DNA from: Callorhinchus milii
Lineage: Eukaryota
Assembly: GCF_018977255.1 (NCBI RefSeq)
Contig: NW_024704742.1
Span: 43,464,001 to 43,528,000 of the forward strand
Length of the DNA: 64,000 nucleotides
Direction: 5' to 3'
In this document: in pieces, positions 1-11,892 of the stretch
Layout of the letters: each line of letters begins with the position of its first letter
How positions within the stretch are numbered: position 1 is the stretch's first letter
Notes under the pieces: generated by a model
Seen by the model: the letters and a program-made list of their open reading frames with translations, nothing else
What the model was told of the DNA's origin: nothing
The model's database searches: none
Translations under genes and position numbers: made by a program

Positions 1-656
1 CAAACATTTGAAACTATGGCATTGCATTTCTTTTAGATACAAAAAATACTACTTCAAATTTTGGGCTTAAATAATTTGCTTCAAATTTTTTGTTATTTTC
101 AATCACTGTATAAATGTTTTGACTTTTAAATCCCAACGGGAAGCATTTCTGCACTTTGTGAAATTGGTAGCTCCCCATCACACGACCATACACTTCAGTG
201 TAAATAACTAACCACAAAGAGTTTGATCTTCAAAACAAGGTCATATTGAAATCATATCACTAAAAGCTCTCAGAACTCTCAAGATAGCAGACATCAATCC
301 TAATATAGTAGAACTTTGATCCTCTGAACCTGGGCACTAATGTTAATCTTACTCGAAAAACTATTAGAAGATTGATTGTAATGAACATGTACCTAATTGT
401 AGAGACTGGGCAGAACAGAGGGCAAGATCATCAAGGTCTGAGAAATATGTGCATCTGCTGCAGCCCTCCAGCACAGCTGAGCTGGCGGGGGGGTGGGTAA
501 TAGAGGAAAAGAAGCAGCAACAAAGTTCCCACTCAAACTGATTTCCGGGATTCCCCCTCCCCTCAAAAACCATGTAAGATGAGAGTCAAACACGAATAAT
601 GCCCACTTTGCAAAATTCAGAAGAGTCAGAGCCGAGCGGAAAGAAAGCAAGCAAAG

Positions 657-1015
657 TAATAGTATACCTTGCATTTAATATAGTGCTTTATCACAGCTTC
701 GAGACATCTCAAAGCGCTTCACAGGATACGGTAAAGTGAATTGACAGGATATTTTATGGGCGAAACACAGCAGCCATTTGTGCACAGCAGTATCCCACAA
801 ACAGTCATGGACTGAGTGACCAATTTTTTGTAAAAATAAGGAAGTATTACCCCTGGAAAACCCACCAAACAACTAACAATCGGATTCCTACTTACTGCAA
901 GGAATCAGAGGCATGTGGAGTAAGGAAACTCGCCCAGCATTTTGCCCGGCCAGGAATCAAACCCAGGTCTCTCGCTTGCGAGGCAAGTGCTCTAACCACT
1001 GAGCTGCAGGACTCC
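657..1015 (-). mobile_element. tRNA-derived SINE (long form)
   Basis: Same head and tail as the short form plus the internal gcagtaagtaggaatccg-containing segment. Confidence 0.88.
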
Positions 1016-1439
1016 ATGCCTTGTCTCCTAAAGAAAATGCCTTTCTTTAGGAGACAAGGCACAGAGGGAAGCAATTTTCATAAAATCCTGCGCATAAATC
1101 TTACTAGATTAAATGTTGGTAAAAATTTATGGACAAATATTGAACATTAGCCAATTTGCATTGTTTAAAGGGAAAAAGGAAAAATAGCAGATGTAGAAGT
1201 TAAGTAAAATCATTTTTGATTTGCATTGCAAACAAAATGCAGATAAATATAGCATAGTGGCAGGGCTTCAAAATGGGTGTAGATATGTAAAAGAGGGTAA
1301 GATTCATTCTGCGTCAATCATCTACTTGTGAATTTCATAACTATCAGTTTTCCTTGGTGCATTTAATCACCCAGCAGATGCTGTACAAAAATGTTTAGTC
1401 TTGTGCTTATCAAGCACCATAACTAATGTTTTTTTTTGG

Positions 1440-2250
1440 GTCATCCGGTTGTCTGACACATGGAGAAACCCATGCCAAGCGTAAGAATATTCAAACCATA
1501 GTTCCATGCATCCCACCTACACATGGAAATTCCAGATATACACAGATACAGAGGCTCGGGGCCGAGCATACTGCATTTTTGCAGGTTTGTTGAAGTGGGT
1601 GTTTGTAAAGGAGGAGGTCGTTTGTAACGGTTTCCGGGGAAAATCGCAGCCACAGATTTCTATTGGTCCAGCCGGTGAGCAGACTGGCTGTGCTGTCATC
1701 CGCAGTGCCCTAGAATACTGCAAACCTGTCTGGCTCAGGAACTCAACTACCGTGATCAGCACAGCAGGATGGCTCAATTCTGACATTCTATTGCCAGGCA
1801 TGTCACCTTGGAGCCACTTCAGCTCTAGTTGGTCATTTGACATCTGACCAGCATGGGTTTCAGCTGTCTAGATGGATGGCACGTACCAGGAACTTCCTGC
1901 AAGCTTTGTGGTGAGTAACACAGCTCAGCATGAAATGCGTGAGCGCATTGGCACCATCTTCCTGCCCACAGATTAAACACCCCCTCGATCCCATTGAGTG
2001 ATGGTTCCACCAGTTGGGAGGTGCGAATCTTAAGCAGTAGCTGCTTGCATCTGTGCAAACCAATCAAGGTGGATTCCAAGCCCTGGATGTATAAACACGG
2101 GTTCATAAACTTGAACTCCAGGTATCGCCTTCCAGCAGCTGCAGCTCCAAGCCTCAGAGTTCCCTTCTCAACTATCTGACAGACATCTGGCTTCAATGTG
2201 GTGGGAGAACCTTTGCAAGACAGCATGTGACATGACAACTAATAATGTTA
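1440..2250 (-). repeat. Unclassified dispersed repeat, copy A (others at ~41240-42240 on + and ~50865-51210 on -)
   Basis: Shared blocks tggtggaaccatcactcaatg, tgtcaaatgaccaa and ggctccaaggtgacatgc...ggcaa.agaatg across copies. Confidence 0.75.
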
Positions 2251-2889
2251 AGTAACTATTCCTGCTCATTTCCTCTCTACCCTATTGTGTTCGGGCTCAG
2301 GCTCCTGCTCAAGTCTTTGTAAAGCACTTTGAGACATTCTCCCAACGGGAAAGGCACGATATAAATTTGAATCAATTCTGTTGTAACATCGTCACGAGAA
2401 ATATCAGTAGAACTTAATAGATATGCAATGTTTAAATTATAAATTTTAAGCTGTACAATAGAAAATACCAAACCAGACCCTGCTTTTGCTCAGCGAAGCT
2501 TGCTCCATGCCCCCCGCTCTATCCGCTTCACCACCAACAGTCCTAGAGTTGATCCGACGTGCACTCTCCCTTCCCCACTTTCAAAGCCCACCTCCAGACT
2601 TTGGCCGGGCGGGCTTTTGTTCATCTTCTCTCCCGCCCTACATTCATGTGCTCAGTCAGCAATGTTAAGAGCGTTAACACATTTTTCCAAGCAGCCAATT
2701 GCACGGTGTCCCACGAATAGTCGTGGATTGAGTGACAAAATTATTATTTTTAATCACTTTTTGGGACGGATTATTACCCCCAGAAAGCAATCCGCCAATC
2801 GACTAACAACTGGGTTCTTACTTACTGGTAGATAAACAGGTGTGTGGAATAAAACCTGTCTTAGGTTTAATTTGTACTGATATTGGTGG

Positions 2890-5716
2890 TTAACCTCTCC
2901 TCCCTCATCCACATTCCCACCCTCCCTAACCTCCCACCACCCTCTCCCGTCTCACACATTCCTCTGCCAACTGCCCCCTCCACATCGGCCTACAGAATGT
3001 CCGCTCCCTTTCTAACAAGGCTCTCGCTATCAAAGATGTAATCATTGATGAAAACTTTGATATCCGGCCCTCACTGAAACCTGGATCAACCCAAGTGACA
3101 CCTTCCCTCTGATTAAGACCACATCATCTGGCTATACCTTCCACCGTACCCTTCGTCCTAACCGCCATGGCAGTGGTGTGGCCCTCATCTCCAGGTCTCA
3201 ACTTGCTCTATCTCCCTTCTCCTCCGACTCGTTCCCCTCCTTCGAGCATCTTACTCTCTACCATCCCTCCAACCTTTCACTCAACATTCTCCTGATTTAT
3301 CGTCCCCCCAAACACTTCCCCCACCTTCATCTCTGACATCTTCGCCATCCTAGATTCTCTCTGCCTCTGTTCTGAACGCCTCCTTCAATCTGCACTTCAC
3401 CCCTCTCTTGCTCTATCTCCACCGACTTCTCTCTCCTCACAGAACTGCTTCCTCCACATCCACTGTGCCATCCACGTTCATGGTCACCTACTTGACCTGG
3501 TGGTTACCCGGCATCAGACCTCACAATATAATAATAATAATCCTTGCATTTGATATAGTGCTTCCAGATATCTCAAAACGCTTCACAGAATATACTGTAA
3601 AGTGAATTGACTGCATATTTGTGGGCGAAACACGGCAGTCAATTGTGCACAGCAGTGTCCCACAAACAGTTGTGATTCAGTGACCAAATCACGTTTTTTT
3701 GAAAGATTATTATCCCTGCAAAAGCAATCCCCATATTGACTAATAACCGGGTCCCTACTTACTGCTAGGTAAACAAGCGTGTGGAGTAAGGAAACTTGCC
3801 CAACATTTCGGCCTGCCGGGAATAGAACCCAGGTCTTTCAATCACCGATGAAGCCATCTCAGATCACCATTTCATCCCCCTCAACTCCTCAATCCCTCTC
3901 CCCACCACCACCCAACCCACATCCATCTCCTAGATGGATGGCACGCACCACCCCTGGGAAAGAATCTCCACCCCACCCACCGCTGCACTGGAGTTGTCTG
4001 TACTCCTTCCCCGCTGACCTATCTCACGCACCAACATATCCTCCACAACTTCCTCTTCACCATTCTCGATGCCCTTGCCCCCTCACCTCCCGAATCACAC
4101 AACTTGCTCTGGTGCACCAGTCACCTCCGCTCACTCAAGAGTCAGGTGCGTACATGGCTCAAATCTGATTTAACGTTCCACCAGCAGATCTGGCTGGACC
4201 ACATAAAAACTTACCGCTCCGGCCTCGCCTCCGCTAAATCGTCCTTCTATTCCAAGTTAATCTTAAAGTCCAAGGTCAACCCCAGGCTTCTCTTCTCCAC
4301 TACCAACTGGCTCCTCCATCCACCCTCTCACGCCTCGCCCATCCTCTCCTCCAATTCCAAGGAGATCCTGGATTTCCTTGAGACCAAAATCAAGGGGATC
4401 TGTTCAGCCCCCTCCTCCCTCCGAACCGACACCCCCTCCTCATCTCTCCCTCACACCCATACCCATCTCTCCCTCCACATCCTCAAACCTGTCTACCCAT
4501 CCTCTCTCACCACCACTATAACCCGCCCACCACCTGCTCCCTTGACCACATCCCCATCCCTCTCCTTACCTCCCAGCTTAAACTCTTCACCCCTTTACTC
4601 TCAGATCTCATCAACGTCTCCCTGTCAACTGGCACCATTCCCACCTCCTTAAAATAAACTATCCCTGGACCCATCCCTGCTCACTAATTACAACTCCATC
4701 TCCAACCTCCCTTTTCTTTCCAAGATCCTCGAGTTGTTGTTTCCCAGGTTCACTCCTTCCTCTACTGCCACTCCTTTACAAACCCCTCCAATCGGGGTTC
4801 CGTGCTGCCCACAGTACGGAAACAGCCCTGATCAAGGTGACAAATTACATTCTGTCCATATACGGCCAGGACTCCCTCTGTCTCCTCGTCCTCCTCAACC
4901 TCTCTGCTGCCTTTGGCACTGTGAACCATTCTAATCTCCACCACCGCCTCTCCTCTCACCTCAACCTTCAAGGTTCTATCCGTGAATGGTTCAGATCCTA
5001 TCTCTCATTCCGGCCTCCACCCACTTTGTCGCCGCAAACAGCTTCTCCTTCAGCCCTCGGTCCTCTCCAAACTGTACATGCTCCCTCTTGGTGACATTAT
5101 CTGCAGACATAGGGCCAACCTCCACATGTATGCGGATGACAACCAATTCTATCCCTCTGCCTCCAAAGTCGACTGCAGGACCACTGATATTCTGACAGAC
5201 ATCAAATCCTGGATGAGAGCCAACTTTCTACAGTTGAACATCATCAAGTCTTGATTGGCTCACGCCAGCGCCTCCACACCTCAGGCACTGCCAGTATCAA
5301 TGGATGCAAACTCCATCTCACCAAGCCAGTCAGGAACCTTGGTGTCTTGTTCAACCCTCAACTATCCTTTCTCCCCCACAAATCTGTGCCATGACCGGCT
5401 CCACTGGCTCCCCATCCCTCAGAGGATCGAGTTCAAAATTCTCATCCTCACCTTCAAGGTCCCTCATGGCTTTGCCCCCTCCTACGTACTTTCCCCTAAT
5501 CAGTCTATCTGCTCCCTCCACTCAGCAGCCTCCAGCCTGCTCCATGTCCTCCGTCCAGTCCACCCCACCATCGGCGGTCGGGCCTTCGGTCTCTCTGCCC
5601 CCACCCTCTAGAACTCAATCCCACATTCCCTTCGCCTCGCTCCCTCCCTTGCCTCCTTCAAGGCATGCTTCAAGACCCTCCACTTCAACCATGTCTTCGG
5701 CCACCCTCCTACCCTT
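2890..5716 (+). mobile_element. Decayed L2-clade LINE (APE endonuclease + RT); interrupted by a SINE at ~3528-3838; 3' tail resumes at ~6032-6085
   Basis: NVRSLSNK and LTETW endonuclease motifs near 3000-3090. RT remnants LVLLNLSAAFGTVNH, HMYADDNQFY and LHWLPIPQRIEFKIL, with many frameshifts. Confidence 0.9.
3528..3838 (-). mobile_element. tRNA-derived SINE (long form, 5'-truncated) nested in L2
   Basis: Family core and tail, with L2 sequence on both sides. Confidence 0.88.
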
Positions 5717-6031
5717 GGAGTCCTGTAGCTCAGTGGTTAGAACACTCGCTTTGCAAGTGAGAGACCCGAGTTCAATTCCAGGCAGGGCGAAACCTTGGGC
5801 AAGTTTCCTTACTCCACACGCCTAATAATAAGCCCTCCAAAAAAAAAAATAATAAATTGGTCATTTTCAATCTACGACTGTTTGTGGGACATTGCTGTGC
5901 GCAATTGGCTGCCTCATTCGCCCACAAATATACAGTCAATTCACTTTACAGTGTGTTCTGTGAAGCGCTTTGGGACGTCCTCCTGACGTGAAAAGCGCTA
6001 TATGAAATGCAAGGATTATTATTATTATTAT
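5717..6031 (+). mobile_element. Full-length young tRNA-derived SINE (short form)
   Basis: A box TAGCTCAGTGG, B box GAGTTCAATTC, DeuSINE-like 3' core (gtgggacattgctgtgcgcaattggctgcc), L2-like stem-loop and (TTA)n tail. Confidence 0.92.
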
Positions 6032-6609
6032 GCCCTGACTGTTCAGCGCCTCGGAGAATGTGAAAGGCACTTTACAAATTTTATTTTGCATATGTTAAAA
6101 TTGCCATCTAACAACTCTCATTTGCATTCACTAAAAAAAGTTTAAGAATATTTTTCTTAAAATAGCAAATCCAAAGTGAGCGTTGAACTTGCTGGGGTAT
6201 TAAATTATCAGCTGTACATTGCAGGCCAATTTTTTTATTTAAGCAACTACACTTTAAATTTTTACTGCAGTCAAGGCAAGCAGTGAAGGCTGTTTACTGC
6301 TTGATGTCTTTGGGTCACACCAGATTTCATTTAAGCAATCAGGAACTTCCACCAGCAGGCTTTTAATCCCTCAGAGAATGCACAAGTGTTTTAGTCTCTG
6401 CTGTTATGATGCTAGAGATCAGAGACTTACTGCTGTCTTTACAAAATATTCTAACATTTCAGCAGCCACTGTGTTTTTCAAAAACATATTACCAAGTTAG
6501 TAGTGGAGGTTGCTTTTAAGAGCTTCAATGAAACCTTCATTCCCTTTGAATGATGGCTGCATAAATCTTTCTTCTTTGCTTTCTCTCTCTCCCCCTACCA
6601 ACTCCACAT

Positions 6610-6680
6610 CCAGTTCCTCTAATTGTAGCACTTCTCTCTCGTCAAAGTGGAGAGAGAAGTGCTACAATTAGAGTAACTGG
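6610..6680. repeat. Inverted repeat: 31-bp arms with 1 mismatch and a 9-nt loop
   Basis: ccagttcctctaattgtagcacttctctctc-gtcaaagtg-gagagagaagtgctacaattagagtaactgg. Confidence 0.95.
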
Positions 6681-8174
6681 CTTGGGAAGAAGAAATAGTT
6701 AATGACCAATTTTTTTTAAAAAAAGGTAGGAATGACCCTTTCTCGGGTGCAATGTTCCACTTGTCACTCAATTATTGCCTACACATCAATGTTAATTTCA
6801 GCAGATTGAAGGCATTTCAGCAGTAGCTCCGCCTGAATTTTTTTAAAAAAAATCTATTGCTTCTTCTCTCCCCCCTCCTTGCAGGCTGGTATCAGATTTG
6901 GCATCGGATTATGTTTCTGAAGTTATGGAACCATGTCCATGTTCTCTTCAGTTCTTGCACTTGGATGTTTCCAGACAAATTGTTTCACCAAATGAACCAT
7001 AGAGTATGCATTTTAGAAAAGGTTTAGCTCTTATCCAAATAAGATGTTGGACAAAACACACTATTTGAATAATAAAATACCCAATGGATATAGACATGTA
7101 AGCAGGAACCACCAACTTAATTCACTACGCTGCACAGTGAAATCCAAGTCCTACACCTCACATATCTCCATTCCATGTGCCCTCGTACATCACTCAGAGG
7201 CGTACCTGGCTCAGTTCTATACATCTGTTCGAGATGACCTGGATACTTTATCTATGAAATCCCATTTTTCAATGCCAAAGTTTCAGCTCTTTGCATTGCT
7301 GATGTTTACATTTAAGTTCATCACCTTCAATAAACTCAAGTTCACTTTTCAATGCCATCAGGGGACCACTAAAACACATCTCTCTACAGGGGACACAATA
7401 ATGATTCTCATCATTCATTGAGTTCCTTATCCCAGCTTCATTCCTGCAGGTCCCTGCAAGAGTCAAGAACTTTCCCTCAGAAAGGAAAGCAGTCAATGCT
7501 GGGATACTACTGCTGACAATCCAGCAACTTGCATTTGTTATATTGGTCTTATGTGAAATGTCTCAAAGCACTAAATGCCAATAAATGTAAACTTTTTTTA
7601 AATATAGGCTAACATTACCTTTTGCAACAGCAAGATTCCATAAGGAGCCAGGAGGTGAATGACCAATTTCCATGCAGGGTTGTTAGTGAGGGCACCAGGA
7701 AACACTCATTCTGCTTTTTGAATAGTGCCATAGGATCTTTAACATTCTCCTGAACATGCAACACCTTTGGCAATATAGTGCTCCCCTAATGCTGCACTGG
7801 AGTAGTCAACCTTGACCATGAGCTCATAGTATTTAAACTCACAACCTTTTGATGCAGAGCCAAGTATTACCAACTGAGCCTGACTGACGTCAAGGTAATG
7901 TTGAGATAGACCTGGCAGCTCCAATCGTACAGCCTCTGCTCATTCATGCATCGGCTGTGTTGTGTGTGTCTCATGAAAAAACACACAAGTAGAGAGAGTA
8001 TTTATGGGGGGGGGGCTTAAGAGAGGGAGTAATTAACTTCCATTCAAAAAAAATAATCTGTCTCTTATGCCTCATAAAGGCATGGATTAAAATGTGGGGG
8101 AAAATAGTTTGTAACTTTTAAAAATTGATTTTGTATCAACATGAGTGTCGTGCAACTTTCATTCTTATTAAACA

Positions 8175-10570
8175 AAAACAAAATTACGTTGAGAGAGCGC
8201 CTTTCACGTCGGGAGGACGTCCCTGAGGCCCTGGACAGTCAGGGATCAGGACCCGAGCATGGGGGAGGAGTGGGGTAGGGATGAGGGAAGGCAGAGAGGT
8301 GGGAGGGCGACCGAAGGCATGATTGAAGAGGGTATCGAGTCCGGTCTTGAAGGAGGCAAGGGAGGAAGTGAGGCGAAGGGACGTAGGATGGAGTTCCAGA
8401 GTGTGGGGGCAGAGAGGCTGAAAGCTCGGCCACCGATGGTAGGGTGGGTCGGGTGGGAGACATGGAGCAGGCCGGAGACCAAGGAACGGAGGGAGCGGGC
8501 AGGTTGGTAGGGAGTCAGCAGGTCAGAGAGGTAGGAGGGGGCAAGGCCATAGATGGCCTTGAAAGTGAGGACGAGGATCTTGAATTTGATCCTCTGAGGG
8601 AAGGGGAGCCAGTGGAGTCGGGTGAGGGTGGGAGTGATGGGGTCAGGGAGCCTGGTGCCCAAAAGTACATGAGCTGCGAAAGGAAGAGTTGGGAAGGCCG
8701 ATGAGGAGGGAGTTCCCATAGTCAAGCCTTGATGTGAAGAATGCGTGGGTGAGGGTTTCGGCAGCCTGAGGGGTGAGGCAGTGGCGGAGTCTGGCAATAT
8801 TGTGGAGGTGGTGATAGGCAGTGCCAGTCATGGTGCGGATGTGGGGGAGAAAGGACAGTTCAGGGTCAAGCAAAACACCCAGGTTCCTGACTAGCTTAGC
8901 GAGGTTGAGTGTGCAACAGTGATGCTGCCAGTGCCCGAGGTGCAGAGGCACTGGCGTGAACCAATCAGGAGAGCCTCGGTCTTGCTGACGTTCAGTTGGA
9001 GTAAGTTGTCCCTCGTCCAGGACAGGACGCCAGTAGTCCTGGAGTTGAGGCAGAGAGATAGAGTTGGGTGTCATTCGCATACTTATGGAAATTTACCCCT
9101 ATGTCTGCGGATGATGTCACCAAGGAGGAGCAAGTAGAGGGTGAAGAGGAGAAGACCGAGGACAGAGCCCTGAGGAACGCCGCATGAGACAGCGCGGGGG
9201 CTGAAGGAGACGCCGTTAGCTGAGACCAAGTGGAGGCGGTGCGAACTGGTCAAGGACAGAACCTTGGAGGTTGAGATGGGAGGAGATGGCGCTGCTGGAA
9301 GAGGATTTACTGGTCCACATTGTCAAAAGCGGCGGAGAGATCGAGGAGGCAGAGGGAGCCCTGATCACACACGGTCAGGATGTCATCTGTGACCTTGACC
9401 AGAGCAGTTTCAGTACTGTGGGCAGCACGGAAACCCGAGTGGAGCGACTCATGGAGGGAGTGGGAGCAGAGGAAAGCGCGAAGCTGGGAGGCAACGGCTC
9501 TCTCAAGGACCTTGGACAGAAAAGGGAGGTTGGAGATGGGCCGGTAGCTTGATAGCGCTGATAGGTCAAGGGAAGGTTTCTTCAAGGTGGGGGTGATAGT
9601 GGCTGTTTTGAAGGGGGTAGGAACAGTGCCAGATGACAAGGAGAGGTTAATGATGTCGGCGAGTAGTGGGGCAAGGAGGTGGAGCTGGGATTTAAGGAGA
9701 GGGGTGGGGATGGGATCCAGGGAGCAGGTGGTGGACTTCATGGAGGATACGGTGGTGATGACAGAGGAGGGGGTGACAGGTTCAAAGGTGTGGAAGGAGG
9801 GATAGGTAGTGGTCAGAGTGTGGGTGGGGGTTAGGGAAAGGGTGGAAGTTGGGAGCGTAGTGACAGCTGCGTGGATTCCCTCGATTTTGGACTCATTTCC
9901 TCGCAGTGGGAGTCGGAGGAAAGAATCTGCGAGGCGTAGCGGACTGAGGAGCCAGTTGGTGATGGAGAACAGGAGGCTGGGGCTGCCTCCAAGATTAACC
10001 TAAAGTAGAAGGACGATTTGGCCGAGGTGAGAGCGGAGCGGTAGGTTTTGATGTGGTCCAGCCAAATGTGCCGGTGAACCGTTAGGTCAGATTTTAGCCA
10101 AGTGCGTTCAGCAGCCCGCACCCAGCCCTTGAGCGAGCGGAGGTTGCTGGTGAACCAAGGTGAGGATCGAGAATAGGAAGTAGTTCGGGAGGTGAGGGGA
10201 GCAAGGGCGTCATGTGTGTTGTAGAGGGTGCTGTGGAGGAGAGTAAATGGAGGAGAGGAAAGCCTAATAATAATCCCTCCAAAAAAACAAAATCAATAAT
10301 AAATTGGCCATTTTCAATCTACGACTGTTTGTGGGACATTGCTGTGCGCAATTGGCTGCCGCGTTCGCCCACAAATATACCGTCAATTCACTTTACAGTG
10401 TTTTCTGTGAGCGCTTTGGTATGTCCTCCTGACGTGAAAAGCGCTATATCAAATGCAAGGATTATTATTATTATAAATGCAGAGGATGGGCTGGTGCGGT
10501 AGGTGGGCCAGAGAGGGAGACGTTCAGGGGACTTCAGGGCAGCAGAGAGGGATTGCGGGGAGATATTCTT
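8175..10570 (-). mobile_element. Decayed L2-clade LINE with its 3' tail; SINE fragment inserted at ~10262-10474
   Basis: ORFs 9307-9741 ([37 protein letters not shown]), 8643-9080 (SRLDYGNSLL) and 8246-8797 (LHWLPFPQRIKFKIL). Confidence 0.93.
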
Positions 10571-10711
10571 CCACGGGCAAAAAGAAAAACATCAGAGTGC
10601 CCAACTTCAGCCACAGCCACAACCTGAATGCATCTGGATCATAAACATTTCTGCAACATCATGAAAGTTAATCTGCAAAATGCTGTACCCAGCCAAGTTC
10701 TCTGTACACAA

Positions 10712-11008
10712 TGATAATCCTTGCATTTGATATAGCACCTCATCACGTCATTGAGACATCTCAAAGAGTTTCACAGAATATATTGTAAAGTGAATTGACT
10801 GGGCGAAACGCAGCAGCCAATCGCACACAGCAGTATCCCACAAACAGTTGTGGAATAAGTAACCAAACAATTTAAGTATTTTAGAATGTATTTATTTTTT
10901 GGAAAGATTAATACCCCCAGAAACCGATCTGCCAATCGACTAGCAACCACGTTCCTATCTCTGCTAGATAAACTGAGCCGTTTGGAGTAAAGAAACTTGT
11001 CTAACATT
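10712..11008 (-). mobile_element. tRNA-derived SINE (long form, truncated)
   Basis: Family core and tail. Confidence 0.85.
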
Positions 11009-11715
11009 GCACCCTAAAATCTATCTTCTACTTCTATCTATACTAATAATCTTAATCTATACTAATGAAACAACACACCAGAAAGGTCTTGCTTCTGGGA
11101 GTGACATGGGCATATTTGTTTTCGGGTATCTCCTATCGTTTATGATCTATGACCTAAAATGTATTGCAGTTTTGTGTTTTTTGCTGCAGTTACATTTCAT
11201 GGGCGCACCAGCTGACTGTGGCGCTGTGGCACCCTGCACATAGCCAAGAGGCGGTGGGAACAAAATAAAGAATACAGACAAAGCTAAGCCATGGCAACAA
11301 CAAAATTACATTATTAAAGCACCTTTCACGTCGGCAGGACATCCCAGTGAATATAAATTTATCATTATAAAGATGTCTAAGCAAAAATCAAATCTATGAA
11401 GGATAACTGAAAATGCAAGACAAAAGAGAAGGCTCATTAAATGAAACTGAAGAACAAAGAACAGCTCGGCCTCACTTCAATGCTGAAAGGACTGCAACAG
11501 CACGACAAAATGAGTTGCCCACTCACAGAACAGCATGGCCAAAATGAGTGCTCCCACAGTAGTACTCCCAGGTAAGTATAAAGATGAAATGTCTGTCTGT
11601 GTGTCCATCTACATTCCATATTGGATCCTTTGGTTCCAAGCATAGCTGCAATGGGTAGAGCTAATAAATAATAGAAATACAAGAGGAGAATCCGTGTTGT
11701 AAATCCCGCAGATCA

Positions 11716-11892
<177 letters not shown>

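Noticed and set aside
1860..2063. TDAS (RNase H-like) and CxxC...H....C (zinc knuckle-like) motifs in a 67-aa ORF
   Set aside because: Neither motif is preserved in the homologous copy at ~41400-41570, so they cannot be used to classify the element.
5717..5790. tRNA-like sequence with A/B boxes and a TGC-centred loop (also at 19707, 26031, 42573, 49187)
   Set aside because: It is a SINE head: there is no proper acceptor stem, and it is followed by the SINE body.
1..11700. Search for DHX15 exon 7 ([25 protein letters not shown]-like)
   Set aside because: Not found by eye. It is presumed to lie left of the window rather than to be lost.
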